Shown in pieces: positions 8,592-15,899 of a DNA stretch of 24,734 nt. How positions within the stretch are numbered: position 1 is the stretch's first letter; each line of letters begins with the position of its first letter. The stretch spans positions 1-24,734 of IMG/VR virus record IMGVR_UViG_3300026085_000010. One strand, 5' to 3'. Source of the stretch: a virus. Lineage: Duplodnaviria > Caudoviricetes. Below the pieces are notes generated by a model. That model saw only the letters and a list, made by a program, of their open reading frames with translations, was not told the origin of the DNA and did no database searches. The position numbers and the translations under genes were made by a program.

Positions 8592-9175
8592 ATATATTTT
8601 ACCTAGACAAAGACCCTAAAGTTGCTGCGCAAATGATGTGTGATAAACACGTTGTTAAAATGATTATTGAATCAGCACAAATGTTATCAACAGCTCATAG
8701 ACTAATTGACGGTATAGAATACATAGATAAAACAGCGAATGGTAGAAAAATCAAACGTTGGAAACATCCTAATTCAAATATGGAAACATATTTGTACAAA
8801 GCATCACATACAAAACATCCTAGTACAGTTTGGGTTATGCATACAGCATACAATTATCTTTGGTTATATAAACATATGATTGCACTAGGTGAAGAATATA
8901 CAAGACGATATGGTAAAAATCATTTAACTATTACTAAAATGGCAGATGTATTGAAACTTCCACCACAAAACATTGCTCTAGGTAAGATCGGTACTGATCC
9001 TACTCCAGCGATGCCTGATGAATGTAAGATACCTGGTAACGCAGTTGCTAGTTATCGTAAATACTATGTTATGAAGAAAAGAGAATTTGCCAAATGGAAA
9101 GAACCATCAACACCACCATCTTGGTATGTTGAAGGCTGTAAGCAAATAGATAAAGGAGAAATATATAATGGCTGA
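8588..9175 (+). CDS. Pyrimidine-dimer DNA glycosylase (DenV-like family)
   Basis: MNIFYLD..P..AAQ..CDKHVVKMIIESAQMLSTAH, H..HP...W, PAMPDEC..., YR.YY. ATG 8588 is ATGA-coupled. Confidence 0.8.
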   Translation: MNIFYLDKDPKVAAQMMCDKHVVKMIIESAQMLSTAHRLIDGIEYIDKTANGRKIKRWKHPNSNMETYLYKASHTKHPSTVWVMHTAYNYLWLYKHMIALGEEYTRRYGKNHLTITKMADVLKLPPQNIALGKIGTDPTPAMPDECKIPGNAVASYRKYYVMKKREFAKWKEPSTPPSWYVEGCKQIDKGEIYNG

Positions 9176-9407
9176 ATATAATAGAAAAAATATGATCTCG
9201 GCAATTAAAGACCACGCAAAGGGTCACATAAAAAAGCATTCAATGAATGTAGAAATATATTTAAAGAACGCTATTGGTGTAGGTGAACATCCAGATGTTT
9301 TAGATGCTGTAGAAAAAGAGTTAGAAGTTATTGCAAAGTATGATGACCAAATCAATGTTATTGAAAAATACTTTGAACAAGACCCTCTTAAACCAAACAA
9401 TAATTAA
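9168..9407 (+). CDS. Conserved phage hypothetical protein
   Basis: SD AAGGAG; KH..NVEIYL.N..GVGEHPDV..A.EKEL pattern recognised from marine T4-like phages. Confidence 0.75.
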   Translation: MAEYNRKNMISAIKDHAKGHIKKHSMNVEIYLKNAIGVGEHPDVLDAVEKELEVIAKYDDQINVIEKYFEQDPLKPNNN

Positions 9408-9715
9408 TGCCCATATACACATTTAGGAATAAGAAGACCAAAAAAGAGTGGGACGAAATGATGTCTATTTCAGAAATGGAAACATATTTAGAACACAATC
9501 CACACGTAGAACAGGTCCTTAAAAGTCTAAATATAGTAGGTGGAGTACAAGGCATATCATTTAAATCAGACGGAGGATGGAAAGATAATTTAAGTAGAAT
9601 CGCAGAGGCACATCCGCAATCTCCACTAGCAAGTAGATATGGAAAAAAGACCATAAAACAAGTCAAAACAGAAAACGTATTAAAGAAACACCGAAATAGG
9701 AGTAAAACGAAATGA
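9407..9715 (+). CDS. FmdB-like (degenerate zinc-ribbon) protein
   Basis: MPIYTF start and K.DGGWK..L.RI...HP.S motif; the Cys ligands are absent. Confidence 0.65.
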   Translation: MPIYTFRNKKTKKEWDEMMSISEMETYLEHNPHVEQVLKSLNIVGGVQGISFKSDGGWKDNLSRIAEAHPQSPLASRYGKKTIKQVKTENVLKKHRNRSKTK

Positions 9716-9981
9716 AGAAACTATTAGGAATATTGAGTATAGTATTATTAACAGGATGTAGTGGTCAATTTGCACTAGGTCCTACTTTCACAATAGGAAG
9801 TGTTGAATTAGCTTACGCAGACGTAGCTTTATCACCAAATAAAATCAAAAAGATAAAAAAGGTGCACGAAGATATGATTAAAGTAAGTGTGGAAAAATAT
9901 GAAGAACAATTTGGATTTAATAGTAATACAATAACATTGAATACAGATTGGGATGTTTGGGATTTAGGAGGTTCCATTTAA
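9712..9981 (+). CDS. Small lipoprotein
   Basis: SD AGGAG; lipobox LLTGC. Confidence 0.7.
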   Translation: MKKLLGILSIVLLTGCSGQFALGPTFTIGSVELAYADVALSPNKIKKIKKVHEDMIKVSVEKYEEQFGFNSNTITLNTDWDVWDLGGSI

Positions 9982-10370
9982 TGGCAGATATACCTGATTA
10001 TATGCGAGGGTTTGATTTAGATGATGATTGGGGTTTAACACCTGTATCATCAGCACCTAAACAAGAAACACCTTCCGTAGACCCAAAATTAATAGAAAAC
10101 TCAAATATAGAATTATCAAAAGTTAAGTCAGACGTATCATCAATTAAATCTATGATGAACGAGATAATGCAAATAGTGGCAGAAAAAGATCAAGTCACTA
10201 CACAAATCAATAATGAAGAAGTAAGTAACCGTTTTAAAGAAATTGAAAAGGTTATATTACCATTTTTATATAATCTCTCTAAATCTGACGAACCTTATAT
10301 ACATTGGCCAAATAGAGGTCCAATCATTAAGGCACAAATAGAGAAAATACTTAAATTAACAAGGGGATAA
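9981..10370 (+). CDS. Conserved phage hypothetical protein with coiled coil
   Basis: SD AGGAGG and TAATG coupling favour ATG 9981; C-terminal ILPFL.NL.K....YI.WPNR motif. Confidence 0.75.
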   Translation: MADIPDYMRGFDLDDDWGLTPVSSAPKQETPSVDPKLIENSNIELSKVKSDVSSIKSMMNEIMQIVAEKDQVTTQINNEEVSNRFKEIEKVILPFLYNLSKSDEPYIHWPNRGPIIKAQIEKILKLTRG

Positions 10371-10371
10371 T

Positions 10372-10542
10372 ATGACAGCTAAAAATAGACATAAAGAACT
10401 AAAAAAAGCAGTTAATGAGGCAGAAATAAAAAGAAATAACGATAGATCAAATTCTGCATGGTACGATATGAAAACCCTGAAGAAACTTAAATTAATAGCA
10501 AAGGACAAATTATATGAGATTAAGCAAAAGCTTCACGCTTAG
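10372..10542 (+). CDS. Small basic helical protein, DUF465/YdcH-like (56 aa), not in ORF track
   Basis: Read manually: MTAKNRHKELKKAV...MKTLKKLKLIAKDKLYEI matches the H..L...LKK.KL..KD.I signature; SD-like AAGGGG upstream. Confidence 0.6.
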   Translation: MTAKNRHKELKKAVNEAEIKRNNDRSNSAWYDMKTLKKLKLIAKDKLYEIKQKLHA

Positions 10543-11047
10543 AGAACTTGTAACTAGTCAAACTGCCGAACGTAAAGGGATTAACAACAACCCTAGCGAA
10601 GCGCAGATTGAGTGTTTACAAAGACTATGCGAGAACATACTGCAACCTATAAGAGATCATTATGGCATGCCAGTCGTAGTGAGCAGTGGATTTAGAAGTG
10701 CCGAATTGTGTTTATCAATAGGCTCATCTGTTAATTCACAGCATGCTAAAGGACAGGCGGCTGATTTTGAGATTTTTGGTATCTCTAATCAGGAGTTAGC
10801 ACATTATATTGATAAAAATTTAGATTATGACCAATTGATTTTGGAGTTTTGGAATCCAGAAGATAAGAATAGCGGATGGGTACATTGCTCTTACAAAAAT
10901 CCTGAAGAGAACAGAAAAGAGTTTTTGAGAGCTTATAGAAATGAAAGTGGTAAGACTCAATATGAAAAATACTCTTACATACAATTTGGTGGACAAGAGG
11001 CTACCAAACAGGAAGTAAACGATATGTATGCCGATAAAGGCATTTAG
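10514..11047 (+). CDS. Peptidase M15A (zinc D-Ala-D-Ala peptidase), endolysin candidate
   Basis: LS..FTL.E...S.TA.R.GI.N.P, VSSGFRS, SQHAKGQAADF, DQLILEF, GWVHCS. Confidence 0.92.
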   Translation: MRLSKSFTLRELVTSQTAERKGINNNPSEAQIECLQRLCENILQPIRDHYGMPVVVSSGFRSAELCLSIGSSVNSQHAKGQAADFEIFGISNQELAHYIDKNLDYDQLILEFWNPEDKNSGWVHCSYKNPEENRKEFLRAYRNESGKTQYEKYSYIQFGGQEATKQEVNDMYADKGI

Positions 11048-11049
11048 AC

Positions 11050-11078
11050 TTGACTTTTTGTCAAGTACGTGATATATT
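11050..11078 (+). promoter_or_regulatory. Sigma70-type early promoter with extended -10
   Basis: TTGACT (11050-11055), 17 nt ending TGA, TATATT (11073-11078). Confidence 0.8.
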
Positions 11079-11086
11079 AGATAATT

Positions 11087-11779
11087 ATGGCTAGAAAATT
11101 TAATTTTATTGATTTGAATAAATCATTATTACCAGAGACAAAACGAAAGAAAATAGATGGCTTTCGTTTTTATCAAATAGATGGTAAATCCTATCCGTCT
11201 ATAACTTCAATCTTATCAATTAAAAAGACAGAAGAATTAAAAAAGTGGAGACAATCCATCGGTGAAGATGTTGCGAAGTGGGAAATGGGAAGAGCCGCAA
11301 GACGTGGTACTTCTACACATAAACTAGTTGAACAATATATCAAAGGTGAAACTCCATCGGAAAGAAGTGTATTACCACTTGGTTTATTTAAATTATTAAA
11401 ACCATATGTGGACCAAATAGATAACGTACACTTATTAGAACAAACACTTTATAGTACCAAACTTACAATCGCAGGTCAAGTTGACTGTGTTGCTGAGTAC
11501 AATGGTAAGTTGTCAGTTATTGACTTTAAAACTGCCAACAAATATAGAGAAGAAGGTTGGGTACAAAACTATTTCTTACAAACAACGGCTTATGCTATGA
11601 TGTATGAAGAATTGTTTAAAACTCCAATTGAACAAATTGTTGTATTGATCGCTTCAGAGGATGGTACAGCGCAGACATTTATAAAAAACAAGGCAGATTA
11701 TCAGGAAGAGCTGGGGATTTGCATACAAAACTTTTATAAATATTACGAAGAATTAAACAAAAACAAAGTCAAAAGTTAG
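11087..11779 (+). CDS. PD-(D/E)xK exonuclease of marine T4-like phages
   Basis: YPSITSIL, W...G, RGT..H..VE, AGQVDCVAEYNG.LSVIDFKT, Q.TAYA motifs. Confidence 0.9.
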   Translation: MARKFNFIDLNKSLLPETKRKKIDGFRFYQIDGKSYPSITSILSIKKTEELKKWRQSIGEDVAKWEMGRAARRGTSTHKLVEQYIKGETPSERSVLPLGLFKLLKPYVDQIDNVHLLEQTLYSTKLTIAGQVDCVAEYNGKLSVIDFKTANKYREEGWVQNYFLQTTAYAMMYEELFKTPIEQIVVLIASEDGTAQTFIKNKADYQEELGICIQNFYKYYEELNKNKVKS

Positions 11780-11799
11780 GTACGAAATACACATTTAAG

Positions 11800-11846
11800 A
11801 AGGTGATTTAGATTTTCTACTTGCGACCTTAACAGCTAAAGGAAAA
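11800..11846 (+). promoter_or_regulatory. SAM-II (SAM-alpha)-like riboswitch, translational OFF type
   Basis: P1 AAGGT (11800-04)/ACCTT (11826-30); GATTT (11805-09); TTGC (11821-24); AGCTAAA (11834-40); P2a TTTTCT (11813-18)/GGAAAA (11841-46) next to ATG 11848. L3 is shorter than in the canonical aptamer. Confidence 0.7.
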
Positions 11847-11847
11847 G

Positions 11848-12180
11848 ATGAAAAAGTTAATAATCAGTTTACTGATACTAATAGGGATGAGCTCTCCTGT
11901 AAGAGCTGAATATGACTTATTTTGGAGATATTTACCTGCGATTTGTGGAACCTTTGATGAGGTTCAGCGTTACATTAAAAACAGAGATGGAGATATTACT
12001 GTTTCTAATGTTGGTTTGGGGAGAAGCAGTAGTCATCCAGAGGGTGATGTAGTTTTTATGGTGACAATATATAATAGTGCTGATGGCTCACAGGAAACTG
12101 CTACTGTACAAATACCAGATAACGAAGAAGTTTGTATGGTGTATCACATATTTAATAAAACTGAAGTAAAGGAAAAATGA
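11848..12180 (+). CDS. Small secreted protein with two Cys (110 aa)
   Basis: Signal peptide MKKLIISLLILIGMSSPVRA; PAICG and EEVCMV Cys pair. Confidence 0.75.
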   Translation: MKKLIISLLILIGMSSPVRAEYDLFWRYLPAICGTFDEVQRYIKNRDGDITVSNVGLGRSSSHPEGDVVFMVTIYNSADGSQETATVQIPDNEEVCMVYHIFNKTEVKEK

Positions 12181-12386
12181 AAAAAATAATTATATTAATG
12201 GTTGCTGGTTTACTAGTAACTGCGTGTTCAATTAAAGAACCTAGATTATCTTTTGGTAAAAAATGTACTGTTAAAGATGATAAAGTTGTTTATTCATATG
12301 TATGGTTATATGATAAAAAAGTTGGACTTCCAGCTACTAAAAACGATTGTCAATACATAGCAACTCATATTTTAAACAGACCATAA
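12177..12386 (+). CDS. Small lipoprotein (69 aa)
   Basis: SD AAGGA, ATGA overlap, lipobox LVTAC, two further Cys. Confidence 0.75.
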   Translation: MKKIIILMVAGLLVTACSIKEPRLSFGKKCTVKDDKVVYSYVWLYDKKVGLPATKNDCQYIATHILNRP

Positions 12387-12387
12387 T

Positions 12388-12618
12388 AAATTTAACGTTG
12401 AAGGTTAGATAATAACTAGTGAGGACCTGGGTGCAATACCCAGCCACTCCACCATTATAACAATGAAATTATAGGGGTGGAATAGATTCGACTGCTACTA
12501 AAACTAACTGGAGTTATTTCGCTGACACCGTAATGTCATTTACAAATGCTAACAATTTAGCGATGGCAGCTTAAAGCTGCTGATGGGTTCGCCTGTACCT
12601 AGTAACAGAAACAGGCAC
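12388..12618 (+). ncRNA. ssrA: Circularly permuted (two-piece) tmRNA, alphaproteobacterial type; tag (A)ANNLAMAA
   Basis: Acceptor piece first: GAC-CTGGG-TGCAATA-CCCAG-CCACTCC-ACCA (12424-12454). Then a 19-nt intervening segment, then GGGGTGG-AATAGATTCGAC (12474-12492). The 7-bp acceptor stem has G3.U70. Tag ORF 12548-12574 follows TACAAAT. Outer ends are approximate. Confidence 0.95.
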
Positions 12619-12626
12619 AATCACTC

Positions 12627-12655
12627 TTTACAAATCAAAAAAAATATGATATATT
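12627..12655 (+). promoter_or_regulatory. Sigma70-type promoter for thyX
   Basis: TTTACA (12627-32), 17 nt ending TGA, TATATT (12650-55); ATG follows after 6 nt. Confidence 0.7.
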
Positions 12656-12661
12656 AATAAT

Positions 12662-13288
12662 ATGAATATTGAATTGATAGACAAAATGGGTAGTGATCTA
12701 TCCGTTGTAAATGCGGCAAGAGTTTCATTTTCAAAAATCAAAGATCACTTTGATGATAAGGACGAAAGACTTATCAAGTATCTAGCAACACACAATCATT
12801 GGTCACCATTTGGACACGCAAGTTTACAATTTAGAATTAAAGCGCCTGTCTTTGTGGCTAGACAATTAGTAAAACATCAAGTAGGATTAATTTGGAATGA
12901 AGTCAGTAGAAGATATGTGGATGAAGAGCCACAATTCTATATTCCATTTGCTTGGCGTAAAAAGGCAGAGAATAAAAAACAAGGTAGTAGCGATGAAGAA
13001 ATACCATATGATATAGTTGATTTTGTTAAGAAATGTAAAGAACTATATAACGATATGTTACAAAAGGACATTGCGCCAGAAATGGCGAGAATGGTGTTAC
13101 CTCAAAATATGATGACTGAATGGATATGGTCAGGAACATTATACGCTTTTGCTAGAGTATGTAATTTAAGAAACAAACCAGATGCACAGGTAGAAACCAG
13201 AATGGTTACACACCAAATGCACAAACACTGTCAGGAACATTTTCCAGTCAGTTGGAGGTATTTAACAGATGAACTCAAAGGAGTTTAG
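12662..13288 (+). CDS. thyX: Flavin-dependent thymidylate synthase
   Basis: VNAARVS, HWSPF, APVFVARQLVKHQ...WNEVSRRYV, APEMARMVLPQ, LR....AQ.E.R. Confidence 0.97.
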   Translation: MNIELIDKMGSDLSVVNAARVSFSKIKDHFDDKDERLIKYLATHNHWSPFGHASLQFRIKAPVFVARQLVKHQVGLIWNEVSRRYVDEEPQFYIPFAWRKKAENKKQGSSDEEIPYDIVDFVKKCKELYNDMLQKDIAPEMARMVLPQNMMTEWIWSGTLYAFARVCNLRNKPDAQVETRMVTHQMHKHCQEHFPVSWRYLTDELKGV

Positions 13289-13481
13289 TTTAATTATAGA
13301 AAATTTATGTAAAGATAAAAAATTATCTTACATAGATGGTATTGTTCATTATTGTGAACAAAATAATATAGATACAGGAACAGTTAATAATCTTTTATCT
13401 AAACCATTAAAAGAAAAAATTAAGGTAGAGGCAGAAAGGTTAAACTATTTGCCTAAAACAGCAGGAGTGTTACCAGTTTAA
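13269..13481 (+). CDS. gp33: Late-promoter transcription coactivator gp33
   Basis: FS..IE.......SYID.IVHYCE.N.ID.....L.S..LKEKI..EA..LN.L; lies before gp59. Confidence 0.88.
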   Translation: MNSKEFSLIIENLCKDKKLSYIDGIVHYCEQNNIDTGTVNNLLSKPLKEKIKVEAERLNYLPKTAGVLPV

Positions 13482-13482
13482 T

Positions 13483-14094
13483 ATGTATGGTGGGTTTGAT
13501 GTATATAAAACATATCTTGCTATTAAGTTACACTTTACTAGTGACACTTACGACTATCATAAGTATGAAGGAAAGGTTAATTGTAAATTAGATACGTTTA
13601 CAAAAAGAAACGACAGATATTTCTTTCATAAATTAAGTACGAGGTATAATAAAGATGAGATTACAGACTTCTTCGTTGCAAACTTTATTGACGATGGTAA
13701 AAAATGGATTGGTTCGTTGTTACGAAATGATGGTAGAGACATTTACTTGGATTACAAAAAACGTAAAGAATCATTTACCTACCATTTTAGGGATGATTGC
13801 TTACGGATGCGTGATGACTTTCTTTCTCGTAATATTTCTTTTGATGTGGCTTTTAATGTGGATAATGGACAACATCCTAGAGTCTTACGCTTACTTATCC
13901 AGAGGAGAATTAGTTACCAGACCGCGGTCGTGCTTAATCACTTTCTTAACTTTACTAAAAATTGGGATAAAGAAATTACCGAGAAAGTTGTATGGCCTAA
14001 AATCTCATTTACGCTTACCAGAATAAAACCATTTATAACATTTAACACAACCAAGTCAAAACTAATTATGAAGGAAGTATTTCTAAATGATTAA
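13483..14094 (+). CDS. gp59: Helicase loader gp59
   Basis: FDVYKTYLAIKLHF....YDY.KY.GK......F.KR.D..FF.KL, FFVANF; T4 order 33-59-32. Confidence 0.85.
   Translation: MYGGFDVYKTYLAIKLHFTSDTYDYHKYEGKVNCKLDTFTKRNDRYFFHKLSTRYNKDEITDFFVANFIDDGKKWIGSLLRNDGRDIYLDYKKRKESFTYHFRDDCLRMRDDFLSRNISFDVAFNVDNGQHPRVLRLLIQRRISYQTAVVLNHFLNFTKNWDKEITEKVVWPKISFTLTRIKPFITFNTTKSKLIMKEVFLND
13655..14026 (+). CDS. Candidate overprinted membrane protein in the +1 frame of gp59
   Basis: 123 stop-free codons, one long hydrophobic segment, and gp59 synonymous codons that repeatedly avoid +1 stops. Start uncertain. Confidence 0.45.
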   Translation: MRLQTSSLQTLLTMVKNGLVRCYEMMVETFTWITKNVKNHLPTILGMIAYGCVMTFFLVIFLLMWLLMWIMDNILESYAYLSRGELVTRPRSCLITFLTLLKIGIKKLPRKLYGLKSHLRLPE

Positions 14095-14908
14095 AGCATA
14101 TGTATTAGGTAATGGTGAGAGTAGAAAAGAAGTTGATTTAGATAGACTACGTGCCAAAGGTAAAGTATGGGGTTGTAATGCTTTATATAGAGATTGGACA
14201 CCAGATAATTTAGTTGCCGTAGATCACGGTATAATGCACGAGATATATTGGTCAGGTTACGCTAGATATAATAGATGTTATTTTAGAAAATGGTTTAAAC
14301 ATCCTATTGATGATTTCAATAAAACAATTAACTGTGGTATGAATACAGATAAAGTAAATTATTTGAAGTCATTTAACACAATCAAAGAGAACACACGTAC
14401 AGATAATACAAATTCATTTGTTATACACGGAACACAATTAAATTCTTTAGATAGACTTATACAAAAATATGGAAGAGACAAAAGAAAACTACAACAAATA
14501 AATGACCACGAGTTAACCATATCTTATTGTGATGATGACGATAAATCAGAAAATTTAGATGACCATATGACACCACGTGATTTGGGTTGGGCTGCTGGTC
14601 CAACTGCTATGTATCTTGCGTCAAAGTATGAGGGAGCGAATGAGATATATCTAGTAGGATTTGATTTATATTCTAACACAAATAATATAAACAATATTTA
14701 CAAAGGAACTAAAAATTATGCTCCTGTGACTAACGCAGCTACACCTAGTCAGAATTGGGTAGGTCAAATGGCAATGGTGTTTAAGAAATATCCTAGTATA
14801 ACATATTACAAAGTAAATAAAAATACAGACGATTTAGCAATTAATGATGAGGTACCAGAATGGCGGAACATACCAAACCTGAAATACAAAGTAATAAAAG
14901 ACCTTTAA
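14087..14908 (+). CDS. Putative glycosyltransferase (Maf/DUF115/CstII-like Rossmann fold), paralog 1
   Basis: VLGNGESR, WGCNALYRD..PD.LVAVD, WAAGPTA, IYLVGFD motifs. Confidence 0.6.
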   Translation: MIKAYVLGNGESRKEVDLDRLRAKGKVWGCNALYRDWTPDNLVAVDHGIMHEIYWSGYARYNRCYFRKWFKHPIDDFNKTINCGMNTDKVNYLKSFNTIKENTRTDNTNSFVIHGTQLNSLDRLIQKYGRDKRKLQQINDHELTISYCDDDDKSENLDDHMTPRDLGWAAGPTAMYLASKYEGANEIYLVGFDLYSNTNNINNIYKGTKNYAPVTNAATPSQNWVGQMAMVFKKYPSITYYKVNKNTDDLAINDEVPEWRNIPNLKYKVIKDL

Positions 14909-15048
14909 CAGAGGCTGAAGTTAGAGAAGAATATAAACAATTTAGAAAACTACCAGGTGCTGCTGAATTGTGGCCAGCTAACAATGATAGTTTTTATGAG
15001 TGGTGTTCACAATACTTGGACTATCAACACATAACTAAAAAAAGATAA
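14860..15048 (+). CDS. Small hypothetical protein (62 aa)
   Basis: SD GAGGT before ATG 14860; TAATG coupling to the next gene. Confidence 0.7.
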   Translation: MAEHTKPEIQSNKRPLTEAEVREEYKQFRKLPGAAELWPANNDSFYEWCSQYLDYQHITKKR

Positions 15049-15887
15049 TGAGTAATTTGTTTTTAATTGGTAATGGTGAAAGTCGTAAAGACTTTGACTT
15101 GACAAAGTTAAGAAAGCATGGTAAGATTTATGGATGTAATGCTTTGTATAGAGAATTTACACCTGACGCATTAATATCTGTTGACCACGGTATCATACAC
15201 GAAATATATCATAGTACATACGCTTGGAAGAACCAATGTTATTTTAGAGACTTTGAAAAGATACCTGAAATGCATTATGATCTAATGTTAGCAGGTATGA
15301 CAAGTGATGTCAACAAAGAAGATATAGAGAAGTTAAAACAATTAAAGATTATAAAAGAGAATGATAGACGTGGTTGTAAAGAGTTTGTAATACACGGCTC
15401 TAGGTTAGAAGGATTTGCTACCATAGTTAAAAAGAATAAAGATAGAGAAAAAAGAAATGTAAATGTTGCCACAGTCAATATAAGTTGGTGTAAACCAAAT
15501 GACAAGGCAGTATCTCTTAATGATATTATGAACCCTAAAGATCACGGATGGGCGGCAGGACCAACAAGTGGGTATATTGGATGTAAGGTAGAGAAACCTA
15601 CAGATGTTTATTTAATAGGACACGACATATACTCAAATAGTAATAAGGTCAACAATCTTTATAAGAACACTAAACACTATGTACACGAAAACAACAAAAA
15701 TCCACCACCAGAGAATTGGATTAAACAATGGAACTTATTGATGAAGTGGAATCCCGATAAGACGTTCTATAAAGTAAACATTGCCAATAAGGGTAATGAT
15801 GAAGTCAATAGGATTATACCAGAATTAGACCAACCTAATCTGAAGTATATAACCTATTCCACTATTGACAAAATCTTTGATTTGTGA
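15048..15887 (+). CDS. Putative glycosyltransferase (Maf/DUF115/CstII-like), paralog 2
   Basis: LIGNGESR, YGCNALYRE..PD.LISVD, WAAGPTS, VYLIGHD; co-linear with 14087..14908. Confidence 0.6.
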   Translation: MSNLFLIGNGESRKDFDLTKLRKHGKIYGCNALYREFTPDALISVDHGIIHEIYHSTYAWKNQCYFRDFEKIPEMHYDLMLAGMTSDVNKEDIEKLKQLKIIKENDRRGCKEFVIHGSRLEGFATIVKKNKDREKRNVNVATVNISWCKPNDKAVSLNDIMNPKDHGWAAGPTSGYIGCKVEKPTDVYLIGHDIYSNSNKVNNLYKNTKHYVHENNKNPPPENWIKQWNLLMKWNPDKTFYKVNIANKGNDEVNRIIPELDQPNLKYITYSTIDKIFDL

Positions 15888-15893
15888 TAATAT
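15865..15893 (+). promoter_or_regulatory. Sigma70-type promoter with extended -10
   Basis: TTGACA (15865-70), 17 nt ending TGA, TAATAT (15888-93). Confidence 0.7.
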
Positions 15894-15899
15894 GTACAT

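Noticed and set aside
11087-11779. Cas4 / CRISPR system
   Set aside because: The four-Cys Fe-S motif is absent and I saw no repeat-spacer array; it is the ordinary phage exonuclease.
12424-12492. tRNA-Ala gene or tRNA-derived attachment site
   Set aside because: The halves are in permuted order, there is no anticodon arm, and a tag ORF follows. tmRNA explains it, and no integrase is present.
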